The notes below the pieces were generated by a model. It had not been told where the DNA came from, searched no databases, and worked only from the letters and a program-made list of their open reading frames with translations. DNA of 64,000 bases from Phyllosticta citribraziliensis (lineage: Eukaryota). The stretch spans positions 372,001 to 436,000 of the forward strand of contig NW_027117344.1 in the NCBI RefSeq assembly GCF_038025025.1, given 5' to 3'. Shown in pieces: positions 24,661 through 37,433 of the stretch (the stretch's first letter is position 1; each line of letters opens with the position of its first letter). The position numbers and the translations under genes were made by a program.

Positions 24661-26240
24661 ATGGCCTCCTTCTTCTCCAGCGTGTAAGTACCGCCGCCGC
24701 TCCGCTTGGCATTCCTTGAATCACCCCCGTTTACTCCTTGTGTTCGACGCCTGCTTCTGTTGTTGCTCGACGACATCATGTCTGGCACAGTCGTGTTTCC
24801 CTATGTCTATCCCATTATGCGTAGCACGTGGCTGGCACTTGTCCCTTTGTTCACTCACCCGTCTCCTGCTCCACCACCGTCACACCGCCCGTACTTGAAA
24901 CCCTATCTGCCTCCTCAAAGTCAACCTCACTCTTGCGTCACAGTCCTGTTTGCACCTCCGCATTAATTTTACAACGTCCCGCCCTTAGTCCCTATGCTTG
25001 AGCCGCATCTTGGCACTGCCCTGAATCATTCATCTACTGCTTGGGCAAAGCCCAAGACACTAAGCTAACGGATCATTCATTCAGCCGCCAGGGCTTTGGC
25101 GGACGCAAAGGCAACAGCAACCAGCAACAACCTCCTCCGCCAAAGGGAAACAACTCTCCCACTACATCGTACCAGAGCTCTCCTCAGCAATCCTATCAGT
25201 CTTCATCCGCCACGCTAGCGGCCCAATCGCCCTCAATGTCCGCATCAACTGCTGGCGATGCCCACCACGATGCTTCGCAACAGTCCGGAACTCGCAAGCC
25301 GCCGTACTTTTTCCGTGACGAGTATGCCAACCTCATCGTCAAGGGCAACTTCATGACCCTTGCCGCAAGACCAAAGATGGTCGACGAGGGCGAGTGGCTT
25401 GCTCACCAAGGTCAGCTGTCGTGGTAAATGCCAAGAAGAAGCCGCTAACATGAAGCAGTCGTTGAGCAATACCGCCTCCTCGACGGTATGATTAGCATCA
25501 TCAAGACCCTTGATGAGCGGACTGGACGCCCCATTTGCAACCCAGAGAGCTGCCCCACCATGTCTGCCGCGGGGTAAGTTTGTCGTGCAGTGCGTCCGCC
25601 AAACGTGATACTAACTTCGGGTAGCCACACCTACACATGGCTGGACAACAATAAGAAGCCCATCAAGATTCCAGCCTACCAGTATATTCAGCTCGTGCAA
25701 AAGTGGATCGTCGGCAAGATTAGCGATCAAAATCTCTTTCCTACCGACACCACCGTCCTGAACCAGCCTGCCGGCGGCACTGCCTCCTCTTATGCATCTG
25801 GCGGCCTCAACACCCCCGGCGCCAACACGCCTATCCCCGCTCCGCCGACGAGCATCAACGCCCCGCTTGCCCAGCTCTCTGGCAAGGAGTGGGTCGGCAA
25901 GCCCGTGGGATTCCCCGAGCACTTCCTCAACGACATCAAGAGCATCTACCGCCAGATGATGCGCTGCTACGCCCACCTGTACCACGGCCACTGGTTGGAC
26001 CCTTTCTGGCACCTGAACGCCTACAAGGAGCTCAACACGTGCTTCATCCACTTTGTCAACGTCGGCAAGCAGTTCGACCTCATCAGCGACAAGGAGATGG
26101 AGCCCATGATGCCGCTCATTCAGCTGTGGCTCGCCAAGGGTCTCTTGCCCGAGAAGCAGCTTGAGCAGCCGCCCCAGCAGGCCGCCGCTCCGCAGGCTCC
26201 GGTCCAGGAAAGCCAGGTCCCCCCTGGAATGGCCCAGTAG
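24661..26240 (+). CDS. MOB2: Mob1/phocein family kinase activator (Mob2-like), 4 exons
   Basis: IVKGNFMTLAARP..GEWLAHQ, CNPESCPTMSA, YRQMMRCYAHLYHGH; first exon 24661-24683, 401-nt intron to 25084. Confidence 0.88.
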
Positions 26241-27041
26241 TGAAGGCGCGCCGTAATTAGGGTTTGAATCATTGAGCGAGCGCGGAGGAATGACGTTACG
26301 GAGCCAGGTGTCAATGGAGGAATTGATGATCTTCACGGCCTTTTTTTGGAATCAACTATCGCATATGGTTCATGGCGGACGGAGCAGACGCACGGACGCA
26401 CAAATAGAAGGAAGCGAAAGCAGGCGGATAAAAAAGAATCGTCGAAGACTACGGTTTGGGGGAGGGGAGTTGGTCGTCTTTTCTCGCTCTTTTGGTGCCA
26501 ATGGAGGAGATTGACAGCTCGCTGCTGCTGATTACCTACCTGCTCAACCTACTCGTTCACTCCACTGCAGCTGTCGGGCCCCGAGGCATGCTAGTGTTAC
26601 TGAATCAGCAGTGGTCAACTGAGCGGGACAGATAGACATGCATGCCAATCTAATGATGTCGCGCGCAGTGGCTAGCCACTGCGCATCGATGTCCTCTCAT
26701 TCTGTCCATTTATTAAGCACTAAATGCTACCTCTCCATCAGACACACATGAGTGCCCTGCCGTGCTCTTATGCATATCTTTGCCCCAATTCGCCTGTATA
26801 GAGTGAGGGCCATAGCGAAGAGTGAAGAGAAATGTGAATACCAGAAATGGTTATATACACAACTAGCGTAATTTGTACATGAATGAATCCATGAGCTGCC
26901 CGACCTGCTGCTATGACGACGCTACATGTGCTGAGAGACAAGAAAGCATTGCTTGCTTACTTACGCACTCTTTAACTACCTTACCTACGCTTTTACAGAT
27001 GCAAACACACTACACCGACAAATGCTAACCTCGTCCTCTCA

Positions 27042-29672
27042 CTACCTCTTCCCACCACCACCACCACCACTACCAACAGCACCATTCTCTTTCCCGCGAC
27101 TCGTCGTTGCTGCTGCCGCCGGGCCTTGCTTTTTTACTTCCCCGCCGTCGTCTTCCTGTCCTTCCCACTGCGGACTCCACACCTTGCGCACGTGCGTGTA
27201 CAGCCGGCGGCTCTTGGTTGACATCCACGCCTCGGCCTCCCAGACCTTGGCGGCCTCGTCGGTGTCGGGGTCTGCGGCGGAGAAGTGTGGTGCGGTTTGT
27301 GCGGCGGTGGGAGGTTGTTGTTGGTCGGAGAAGACGGCGTGGGGTGGGAGGGTCGTTTGGTTGGGAGGAGGAGGAGGAGGAGGAGTTGCTGGTGATGATG
27401 ATATTGATGTTGATGTTTTGGCTGTGGGGGTAGAGGTAGGCGAAGTTTTTGTGGCCTCCACGCCACCGGCCTCGTCCTGCAGCAGACTCTCCTGCTCCCA
27501 CCAATTGAAGACACCACCACCGCCGCCGCCGCCGCCGCCGCCATCACTCGCGTCGGCTGCATGCGCCATGAGCCACTCCTCCTCCGCGCGACGTTCGTCC
27601 TCCTCCGCGCGCCACGTGCGCAAGTCGCCCGCGAGCTGCTGTCCCATGTCGGCGCGGAGGCGGTGGTCGTCGGCGCGCAGGCTCTTCATGAGCATGGCGT
27701 CGCGGCCGCCCTTCGCCAGACGGGCCGCCAGGCGCTGGATGGGAACGGGCCGGAGCCCGCTGGTCGCGTACGCCTCGGCGACGACGTGCTCGGCGACGTC
27801 GGGGCGGCGGCAGCGGTCGCAGAGGACGAGCATGTGCGCGTACGGCTCGATGTCGAGCGGTGGCAGCGGCGGGTTGGCGGCCTCGTGGAGAGTCTTGGGC
27901 GGGCTTGCGGGCGGTGCCGTGGCGCGCAGGTCTTGGATCTGCTGCCACACCATGACGCCGGCGGCCCAGTCGGCCTCGGCCGCCGTCGCCGCGAGGAAGT
28001 ACGTCAGGCCGCTGATGTCGAAGGCCCAGCCGTCGCGCGTCAGCTGCGTGCACAGCTCGATCGTGTGCTCCAGCCCTTGGAACTTGAGCGTGCCGACGAT
28101 GATGCGCGAAAACACCTTGGACGTTGGGAAGACCTTTTGCACGAGCTTCCCTTCTTGCGTGGGGTGGGGCACCACGCGGTTGTGCGTTTTGCGTGTCATG
28201 CGCTGGTTGTGCCAGTTGTGGTGGAGGAGAGGATGGGCCAGGTGTAGGTAGCGCTTGTTGGCGACGTATGTGCTGCCCGTCATCATGTTGACGTAGTTCG
28301 AAAAGTGGTTTGCCCGGCCCGTTCGCATGTAGTGGTTTAGGATGGCGCAGGAGGTGATTTCGTCAGGGCGTATATACGTCTCTTCCAACGCCTGGATGAC
28401 AAAGTCGACCAGCGTGGACTGCTCCAGCCGCGTGAAGCCCAGAATCAGTGCGTTGTAGGTGGTGATGTTGGGCGGCGCCGAAGATGTCATCAGACTGTCG
28501 CAAATGTTCATGATGAGCGTCTGGAGGCTGATTTCGCCCGAGAAACACTGCTCGAAGCAATTGAAGATGTGGTGGTTCATCCGGTAGCAGTCGAGATGGA
28601 ATTGACCGTGCGGGTCTTGGCTGTAATAGGGGTATTGATTGTGGAAGACCGGTGGAAACCTGGGAATATCCTCTTGCTTGTCTCGTGGAGGGAGGACCGT
28701 ATCGTACCATTGGCGGGTGATCAGCAGCTCAATCCTGCCCAATTGCGTCATGCTGGGCCAGAATATCTGGTGAAAATACACGGGAAGATTTTCGAGCCTT
28801 CTCCGTTTTTCTCTGACCGAATATTCGACGCCCTTGTCTCCTTTTCTGACGCCTTCTTTGATCAGACGGAGCACCAATTTTGCAATGGCAAGGTTTGTGG
28901 CCTGTATCTTTCGCCGCGTCCATCTACTTCGTAAACCTGCTCTTTTGGTTTCTTCCGGAGCATATATCGACTGAGGGGGCACATTTTCAATATCCAAATC
29001 TGCCGCAGTGTTGTGCTCCATGGTTGATTTCTGCCGTGCCAGCATGGTGTAGATTGTGGTATCTTTCCACAGTTCACGCTCCTGCTCTGACATCCAGCGG
29101 CCTATAGCTGCCTTCTCCCATCTCTTTTGCTGGGCGGCGTCAGAATCTTCCGAGTCGGCTTTTGGCTCAGCGTCCTCCGGGACCGAGTGATCTCCTGCCT
29201 CGCTCTTCTCGAGAAGCTCTCTCGCTTTTGCAGCTTGTTGCGTCCATTCATTAATGATCTCGGAAGATGTTGGCAACTGGGCAACGTCTTCTGCTGTTTG
29301 CGGCCCTTCGTCGGACTCGTCCTGGATCGAGTCGGCATTTTCATCCAAGTCATTCAGCAGCCGTTGCTTCTCATCATGTCCCAAGTAGCGCATTCTTTGC
29401 TCGACCGCCTTCTTCTGCTCTTCCAATTCGGACTTTGCCTGGTCAATGGCGTGGTTCCACTGCTCTCTACGTTGCTGCTTGCCGTGGCCATCTTCCAGCA
29501 TGCCCCAACCAAACATGAACGAGTATAGCAGCGTCGAGGTTGGGAAGAGGAGCGCGCGCCTGCCGGCCGGGGTGGAGGCGATGCGCCTGGCGAGGCCAAT
29601 CGAGTAGGACCGGCATTGGGAGCCTCGGCATGTGCATTTTGCTCGTAACGTCCGGGGCCATGAGGTTCGCAT
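27042..29672 (-). CDS. Pentatricopeptide-repeat protein, probably mitochondrial
   Basis: PPR-like PNITTYNALILGF..IRPDEITSCAILNHY; Arg-rich N-terminus from the first ATG (29672); low-complexity C-tail. Confidence 0.75.
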   Translation of the reverse strand: MRTSWPRTLRAKCTCRGSQCRSYSIGLARRIASTPAGRRALLFPTSTLLYSFMFGWGMLEDGHGKQQRREQWNHAIDQAKSELEEQKKAVEQRMRYLGHDEKQRLLNDLDENADSIQDESDEGPQTAEDVAQLPTSSEIINEWTQQAAKARELLEKSEAGDHSVPEDAEPKADSEDSDAAQQKRWEKAAIGRWMSEQERELWKDTTIYTMLARQKSTMEHNTAADLDIENVPPQSIYAPEETKRAGLRSRWTRRKIQATNLAIAKLVLRLIKEGVRKGDKGVEYSVREKRRRLENLPVYFHQIFWPSMTQLGRIELLITRQWYDTVLPPRDKQEDIPRFPPVFHNQYPYYSQDPHGQFHLDCYRMNHHIFNCFEQCFSGEISLQTLIMNICDSLMTSSAPPNITTYNALILGFTRLEQSTLVDFVIQALEETYIRPDEITSCAILNHYMRTGRANHFSNYVNMMTGSTYVANKRYLHLAHPLLHHNWHNQRMTRKTHNRVVPHPTQEGKLVQKVFPTSKVFSRIIVGTLKFQGLEHTIELCTQLTRDGWAFDISGLTYFLAATAAEADWAAGVMVWQQIQDLRATAPPASPPKTLHEAANPPLPPLDIEPYAHMLVLCDRCRRPDVAEHVVAEAYATSGLRPVPIQRLAARLAKGGRDAMLMKSLRADDHRLRADMGQQLAGDLRTWRAEEDERRAEEEWLMAHAADASDGGGGGGGGGGVFNWWEQESLLQDEAGGVEATKTSPTSTPTAKTSTSISSSPATPPPPPPPNQTTLPPHAVFSDQQQPPTAAQTAPHFSAADPDTDEAAKVWEAEAWMSTKSRRLYTHVRKVWSPQWEGQEDDGGEVKKQGPAAAATTSRGKENGAVGSGGGGGGKR

Positions 29673-30037
29673 AATCGGGGCAACATTCCCTTGGCTTGCA
29701 ATGGCCCGGCGGAGAGACGGAGGAGGAGGAGGGTGATGGGTGCGGTGCGCGAGCAGGCGATGAAGCCTGCAGCAGCGCTCGAAAAGGGCTCGCAGTCCCG
29801 GGGGTGGTGGGCGCAGAGGCGGCAGGAGAGGCCTGGGGATGCCGTTGTGGTGGTGGTGAGTTTGATTTTCGACCGAGACGTGAACATTTCCGGCGCCGCG
29901 GAACGCTGCACGGCGTCGATCACTGACGGCGCACGGCCATGACGGGCGCCGCCGCGCTGACGATTCAGCAACCACCCCGCTCTCAATTGCGACTGGACTT
30001 GCGACAACTCTTTTGCTTTGAATAAGAATCAAGCACC

Positions 30038-30822
30038 ATGTTGGCTCTCACTCTGACCGCCGAGCTCGAAGGGTTAGTGCCGCTGCGCCATTTCCCCCCC
30101 TCAGCCGCCGCATCGCGACCAAGCTCCCCTGCTAACACAGCTACAGCGTGACAGACTTGCGCCCCAACGACACGGCCGACAATCCCTTTTACTACACCTT
30201 CAAGGTCCAATGCACGTCCTGCCGCGAGACACACCCGAACTGGGTGGGCGTGAGCCGCTTTGTACGACCCCGCCCCGGATGAACGCCCGTCCACGCCGTC
30301 GACAACGAGACTGAGTCGCAGTAGGAGCAAAACGAAATCAGCGGAAGCAGAGGCGAGGCCAACTTTGTGTGGAGATGCAAAAACTGCAAGGTGTGTGGGC
30401 ACATGGCACTACTGGCGACAGAGCAAGATATTGATATACGCGGTCCATGTGCAGCGCGAGCACTCCGCCTCCATCACCGTCGCGCCCGCCGCCTACCCGC
30501 AATCCTCGCCGCCAAAACGCCAGCAGGTTATCACAATTGACTGCCGGGGCCTAGAATTTGTAGAGTTCAAGCCCGATGTAAGCTCGCCAGCATTGCCCCC
30601 AGCATGTTTCTAAGGACCGTGGGTCATGGCCGGGGTGTACGGCGCCTGGATCATCGACTGATATATACTTGCAAACAGGGCGAGTGGAGCGCAACAGGCG
30701 TCGAATCAGGAACCAAGTTCGACAGCATCGATCTCAGCGAGGGCGAGTGGTTCGACTACGACGAAAAGGCCGGCGAGGAAGTCAGCATCAAGGAGTTGAA
30801 GTGGGACATAGTGAGGGCATAA
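30038..30822 (+). CDS. DUF866/UPF0587 CXXC zinc-binding protein (CZIB/YCR090C-like), 5 exons
   Basis: MLALTLTAELEG.., FKVQCTSCRE, ANFVWRCKNCK, DCRGLEFVEF, EGEWFDYDEKAGEEVSI. Confidence 0.9.
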
Positions 30823-32434
30823 GGTCTTGCACGGTAGGTCAAATAAATGAAAATATGGACGAAAAGCAATTGGGGTTTTCACAATGGTCATTCAAAAGCA
30901 AGAAAACAATGGAGCGTAGGTCTTCCCACCGCGCCTGGTACAACCAGAAGCAAACGAGTATGAGAATGTTTATATGACTACCATTGGACAAAATACTAAT
31001 CCAAGTTTTCGAACCTTACGTGACTTCTAACTGCCAGTTGATCCTGATCATCTAAAAGTTCTGCTAGACGTCTGATTTGTTTGGTCACCCCCAAGTAGCA
31101 CTCACAACGAACACTTGTCGTGTCATTAAAGCAAGAGAAGCCCGAGTGGCCAAGGGCACACAGCAGAGCATTCATCCAAGGATGACGTCCGGAAACAGTC
31201 TAACCGACCATACCCCCTCAAATACACGACGCACCTACAACACCCCTCCTTCTGTGTCTCTGTCCTCACAAACCGGTCACTCCAACTACACCAAGACATG
31301 AGAGCAGAACGCGTAGACAACATGACCAAACACCCACCTCACACCCATATCACGGATGAAACCTGAACCTGAACCGCCGCCGCCGCCGCCGCCGCCACCA
31401 CCACCACCACCGCAACTTCGTCTCCCCTGCGTCGCTCATCATCCTTGACCCCTGTCTCGGGATGCTAATATACACGTATAGTGCGCGTGAGATATCGACA
31501 ACGATGACGCCAACACAGCGCGGCATCGAAATTTGTAGCGGCGGTGCAGAAAAAAAGGGGAAAGGGCGGAGAGGGTGTTGAATTGGAGAGCGGTACTGAG
31601 CACACCACGATGGTTTCGGAATGCCGCGTCTGTGGCCACCTTCGTTGGCGGTTTGTAGTGCGGTGTAGATAGACAACCTCACGCGTTGGTCTACTGCGGC
31701 ACAACTCCAGACCCCCACTCAGCAGTTACGTGCGTGCTTCTCTGGGTGTTTACTGCCAGCAGTGTTTTGAGTAGTATCGTGTACTGTCCCACGCCGTCCT
31801 CGCGCAACCAAACGCCGTCTACTGTCCGTCTGTCTGACCTGTAGGTACACGTCGTACCTCGCATCTTACAGCCAGATGGCCGGCCAAGAGAACAAACACA
31901 CACTATGCAGCGCCAGCCTGCTCTACCCGCCGTTTCTACATATCTCTACATGGTTTTGCGCTCCAGGCAGGTCTGCCCCTCCATTCCATCCATCCGCATG
32001 CCGAGCTCCGACAGCTAGACAGACAGATGGATCAACGCCAAGCCAGTCAGCCAGTTCGTTAGTTGGTGAGTGGGCACGTGTAAATATACAACATGAAGTA
32101 ATCAGCAAGCGAGCTAGCGCCTTGTCGAAACCACTCTTCGCGCACTTCGCCTTTTCGACGACAACACGGTGCTTGAAAAGGGCAAGTGGGCGCAAGCGGT
32201 AGTCATTTTATATTTTCAACATATTTTTGATATTGGGATATCTGGATGGGAGAGCCAACGACCACGACGTCGATTGTTCCTCCTTGCCTTGCCGTTTGGG
32301 CCATGGTAGCGCCAGACGACAAGCTGTGCTTTGTGCTATATGTTGTGGCAGACAGGCGAATGCACCATCATTCCAATCCATCCAGTCGCGCGCGCATCCC
32401 GAGAGAGCCTCGCCCTACGTAGGCCGGAACAGGC

Positions 32435-32754
32435 ATGTCGGTCATCTTAGTCACCGACACTGCCACGCCCTCCCTTCCGGTCCTCTCCGTCGGCGACCGG
32501 GCGCTCGAGCACCGACAGCTCACCGACCCCGAGCGCGACACGCCCGCTCGCCATACCATGGTGCCGCGTGAGTAGCGACCTTCCCTCTCCTGTCCGGCGC
32601 CGGCTAAGAAACCGGGCCAGGGACCCACGTCGGCAACCCCGACGCGTTTCCATTTGAAGAACGGGAGCGTATCGGGGGCGGAGGCGGGGAAGATGCCGTG
32701 CAGCTGGGCGGTGTCGAGTCATGCATGTCGAGTCGTGTCGTCCTTATGGTTTAA
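32435..32754 (+). CDS. Candidate 88-aa spliced orphan ORF
   Basis: ATG 32435; intron 32568-32620 (GTGAGT..GCTAAG..CAG) keeps the frame to TAA 32752-32754; no recognisable homology. Confidence 0.25.
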
Positions 32755-33142
32755 AGTAGATAGGAGGCGCAACTTGTTGACGTTGACGACAAGAAAGAAG
32801 GGTGCGCGCCGGCGCTGCGGAGACGGTTCCTGGTTGCGTGTGTGGATGGGTGGCCGGCGGGTGAGGCGGGTCGGTTAGCGGCAACGCTGCGGATGAGGCG
32901 TGCCGGTTTGTTGCGTGGGTGCAGGTGATGGTGGGCTGTTGCGACGGCGATCTGCGGTTGCTTTTGTCGTTCGTGGACGGACGGGTTGAGCGACGTCGTG
33001 TCGACGGCAGCGTGGCTATGCTTCCCGTAGGCAGTCGGCGCTGTTGTGTGGTGTATCGCCATCGACGTGTCGCTGCGGTGGTTTGGAGACTTGGTGCTCG
33101 ACAGTTGTGCACCGATTGTGTTTGTCATACGGCCTGTCATGA

Positions 33143-34184
33143 TCACGACAGGAGGATGATGGATGCGCAGGCAACGGTGATCATGCCTCGGAGCCAGAGA
33201 TCACGGCTGCAAGTCCCGTCGACAGTGCAAGAGTGCTGAGAGAATGTTAACATGTGGCTCGACTGGACAGAGATTTCCAACGTACCTTGTGAGCGTTGTC
33301 AGACTTTGCTCCACTGTGGCTGGCAGACGATGTCGTCTCTTGAGGGCTAGCTTTGACAGCAGCCAGCTCTTCAGCCTCCAGGGTGAGGGCAAGAATCTCG
33401 TCGTTTGACAGCTCCGGATCGTCCAACCTGCGAGTCGCCGCCGATTCCGAGGATCCAGCCCAGGTGGTCATGGCCTTGGTCATGTTGGATGAGTCGCTTG
33501 ACGCCTCGAGAGTCTGTAGGAAAGACGAGAAGCCATCACGCAGGCTGTCGGAAAGGGCAACGGCCAGGGAAGGCTGCTGTCCGTGGTCGTGGTCCATGAT
33601 GGCTGAGGATAGGTGGTTGATTTGGTAGACGAAGTGAGGCTGACGGTTGCAGATTGCAGACGGTAGTGCGATGACGACTCCGGCAGTGGTTGAACGGGTC
33701 GTTTTGGGGTGTTTGGTCTCAATATATTTGAACTAGGCCTTTAGCCGTGTGACGAGCGGCTCTAGGTCCTCACGTAAGAGGCGGATCCTTGCGGAGGCGG
33801 GGGCCAACAGGGATGAGGTGAACAGTTCAAAGTCGAAGCACTGGAGACGGCGATTTTGGTATGCGTCAAGATGATTGCTACCATTACATGTCAGTCGGAC
33901 TCGAGCACAACCTGTTTGGGCGTGTGGAATTACCTCGGAAGGAAGGCAACGAGCAGCGTGACGTAAGAGATGGTGGATGTAGGAGTAGAATCACGAATGG
34001 ATCGAAGAGTCAAGTTGGTATAAGCAGAGCTGAAGGCGACAATAAGTGTCTCGGAGCGGGCGTCGAGGGCATTTGTAGGGCGGACAAGATGTGGCGCCAA
34101 GTAGTGTGCATGCTTTGAGTAAGGTTTGCCATGATGCAAGCGCAGGCATCCGCTAAGGCGCGGTCCGGAAGACGTCTTGGGCAA
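33143..34184 (-). pseudogene. Spliced gene or remnant with an internal in-frame TAG and no clear start
   Basis: Phase-compatible introns 33878-33933 (GTAATT..CTGAC..TAG) and 33236-33285 (GTACGT..TTAAC..CAG); middle exon open except TAG at 33735-33733. Confidence 0.4.
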
Positions 34185-34782
34185 GGCTCAGCGGGAGTGG
34201 CCGCATGGATGCAATAAAGGACGAAAAACTAATTGCACGGCGCCTGTTGTGATCGAAAAGTCGGATCACGCAATGACATGTTGTGATAACGAGAGGGTCC
34301 AATCGTCGGGCAGACAGAAGACGACATTGGCGGCCACAAGCACCGAATGCACAGTCCAGGTTGCTGGAGGCACGCCGCTTGCCAAGGTCCTTCGTTCAGT
34401 CTCTGTAGACGACAATTTACCGTGTGGTGGGTGACGAGCCCAGGCACGCAGTTTCCTTGCTGTTTGCGGGAGGCCGTGGCCGTTGGTATCCGGACGACAA
34501 CATCAAGAGTCTGCAAACTCAAGACCCCAACCACATGCTTTTTCTTTTCTTTTTTCGACTTTTGGCTCTCGCTTGGTCCCGTCGCCGTCCGCAGCGGAGG
34601 CTCGCGACCGGCCCTGGCCCCAGTCCTAGCATTCACCCAATCACCATCCTGCGGCCCCCAACCCCGCCCTCGGGAGTTGGATGCGGTTGTGGCCCCCTGC
34701 TCTGCCCTGTCCCTCCCAATCGAGCAGTCCACGATGCCCCCATGGCCGTGGCCTGATTTCCCAACGCCATGACTGTTGCCTC

Positions 34783-35295
34783 TCACAGGTAGAGCCCTTC
34801 TTCTTCCTCCGCCTGGGGTCTTGCGCTCGAGCTCGGCGGCTCCTGCCTCTCTTGCCTCGTGTTCGCGGATTGCTCGGTGCCATGACCCTCGCCTCCATCG
34901 GTACCATCTGTGCCATCACGAGGTGCACCTGCATTTTCTGTGGTCGCGTTCGTATCGCTGTGCATTTGTCCGCTTTGCTGTGTTCCGTTTGTCGACTCCT
35001 TTTGCTGCGCCACCGTTGGGTCCTCGACCCAGGGCATGCCTCTGCGCTCCACCTCCAGTCTCAGCAGCTCGACGCGCCGCTCCATGCTCTGAATCGTCTG
35101 CTCATTCTCCCTGATGGCTTCTGCGCAGTCGGCGTCGCCCTCGTCGGCAAAAGGCTGCAGTTGGACATTGGAGCGCCGCAGGTGGAATGTCGAGTTGCGC
35201 AGCTCGGCGGCTTTGCCGTGCAAGGATGGAAGCGTGAGCTCCGTGATGGCTTCGGCGAAGCGCTCCAGCGAGATGGGCTGCGACTCTGAGGACAT
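34783..35295 (-). CDS. Tma17/Adc17-like small coiled-coil protein
   Basis: MSSESQPISLERFAEAI.EL....LH.KAAELRNS..HL.RSN..L..DC.EAIRENE..I, resembling the TMA17 family from memory; ends EEEEGLYL. Confidence 0.6.
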   Translation of the reverse strand: MSSESQPISLERFAEAITELTLPSLHGKAAELRNSTFHLRRSNVQLQPFADEGDADCAEAIRENEQTIQSMERRVELLRLEVERRGMPWVEDPTVAQQKESTNGTQQSGQMHSDTNATTENAGAPRDGTDGTDGGEGHGTEQSANTRQERQEPPSSSARPQAEEEEGLYL

Positions 35296-35598
35296 GTCGA
35301 TTCCAGATACTGTAGCTTCGCGAGAGATGTCGTTCAGACAAGCTTTTAAAGGGCCTGCAGCGCGAGATCTGATTTTCGCAAGATGATCGACGTGGTGACG
35401 CGGCGGGAGCTGTTGGCGACGCGGCGGAACCTGAGCGCGGCGGGAACTTTGGGTGGGTGGGCTGGCCTGGGTCCCAAAATTTAGCTTCGACGCTTGATCG
35501 TACGTCACTTACCTTACACTACATACCTTACTCCAAAACACCACGCGCATTGCGTCCAGTGGTATGCTTCCACTTCGACCCGCGCGCCTTCCTCCGCA

Positions 35599-37433
35599 AT
35601 GAGCAATGCCTGGTCCATAGCATGCAGGCCGTTTGCTGGGCTACGCTTCCACTTGTCTACTCCTCCGCCATGCGTCATTGCGCGTAGCATCGCTACCTGC
35701 TCGTCGTCGACAACACGCTCAGCACTTCGGCTGCCACGGCTTCAATCACACGACCATTTAGCTCCCCCGCTCCTCCGATACGTCTCATGTCGTCAATTCA
35801 GCACCACTCCCTCCGTCGCCAAAAGATCCCCAAAAGCCAAATCCTCTGCCCCCGCCGCCAAACAAGCACCTGCGAAATCGGAGCCCGAACAAGCCCAGCA
35901 GAATGAGAAGCAAGAGGAGGACACGCCGCTCCCAGGCGGCGACCTCTCAGCAGGGAAACTCGTAGAGATATTCGGCCCCGGCGTGTCTGCCGCGCAGGGC
36001 AACACCATACTGCGAGCTCTCCAGCACCGTCGCGTGACGGGTTCCCTCGTCGAAAAGGGCGTCCAATTCGACGACTTTCCGCATGAGCGTGCGCTCAAAG
36101 GCCTCGAGTATCTTCGGGCAACGTTCCCCGTAGACGAGCAGGCCGCCGCAGCCGAATATGCGGAGGCCGAGGCCGAAAGACTCGAGAGCGAGTTGGTCGA
36201 AAAGGCACAGGACATGGGATTGTACAAGAAGGACCCCATCTATGGATACAGCGAATTGGACGCTCTGCGAGCGAAGAACGAGGCCATATACGAAGAGCAG
36301 CAAAGGCAAAAGAAACTCGAGGAGGAAAAGAAGGAGCAGGCGGACATTGCTGCCGGCAAGACCAAGGGCAGAGCCCTGGAGAAGCCGAAGGCCAAGTTTG
36401 AGCTGCGTCGACGTAAGGACATATCCATTTTGCTGGGGTTAGAGACTGACGGTCTGCGATACAGCGCCAAAGAAGCCAGAGTCCGAGTTTACCAAGTACT
36501 ACAGGGAGCAAGCAACTCTGAGCCATGGCGCGCCGCCTGAGATGAGCTTCGTACGCACTCCTCTCCAAACATGCCACCACCACTCCTCCTAACGACCTCT
36601 AGATCCGCCGCGTCGGCCCCAGCGTCCTCCTCTGCCTCGCCGTCGTCCTTGTCAGCTACATCTTCGCAACGACCTACACCGCACCAAGCCGCACCGCACG
36701 CATCTGGCCGGACACGCCGCCAGCGCTCTCGACAAACCTGTTCCTCCTCAGCCTCAACCTCGTCGCCTTCCTGGCATGGAAAATTCCGCCCTGCTGGCGC
36801 TTCATGAACAAATACATGATCGTGATCCCGGGGGCGCCGCGCGCGCTGTCCATCATCGGCGGCATCTTCAGCCACAGCGCGCCACTGCATCTGCTCACCA
36901 ACATGCTGTTCCTGATGATCTTCGGGCCGTACCTGCACGACGTCGTCGGCCGCGCCAACTTCCTGGCCATCTACCTGTCCGGCGGCGCCGTCGGCGCCAC
37001 TGCCTCCCTGCTCCGCCACGCCCTCCAGCGCAAGTGGCACACCAGCTCCCTCGGCGCCAGCGGCGCCCTCAATGCCGTCGTCGCCGCCTACTTCCTGCTC
37101 GCCGACGCCGAGCGCCGCCGCGTGCCCTTCACCGACTACGAGGTCCCGCTGCAGGGCCAGGCTATCCTCGCCCTGCTGCTCTTCTTTGAGCTGTGGAGTA
37201 TGCGCCGCGCCCAGAATCGCGATCACGTTGCCCATCTGGGCGGCATGGCGACTGGCGCGCTGGCGGCTGTGCTGTTGAAGCAGCGCGTCGAGCGCGAGCG
37301 CGCGGAGGAGGGCGAGAAGGCGCAGGGCGCCGCCGCGGTCGCGAGGGCGCATCATCAGCCTGGTGATTTGATGGTCGATTGGGATGCTATCAAGGCGAGG
37401 GTGCCGTATTGGATGGGCGGCACCAAGCGGTAG
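35599..37433 (+). CDS. PCP1: Mitochondrial rhomboid protease Pcp1/PARL-like, 3 exons
   Basis: FSH..HL..NM, SLGASGA (catalytic Ser) and HVAHLGG (catalytic His); introns ~36413-36464 and ~36551-36602; presequence-like N-terminus. Confidence 0.85.

Noticed and set aside
24684..25084. snoRNA in the 401-nt MOB2 first intron
   Set aside because: No C box or H/ACA architecture is visible; long first introns are common.
29673..30032. Open frame upstream of the PPR ATG as a non-AUG extension
   Set aside because: It spans the short divergent promoter, is GC-rich and not protein-like, and the ATG-initiated N-terminus already looks like a presequence.
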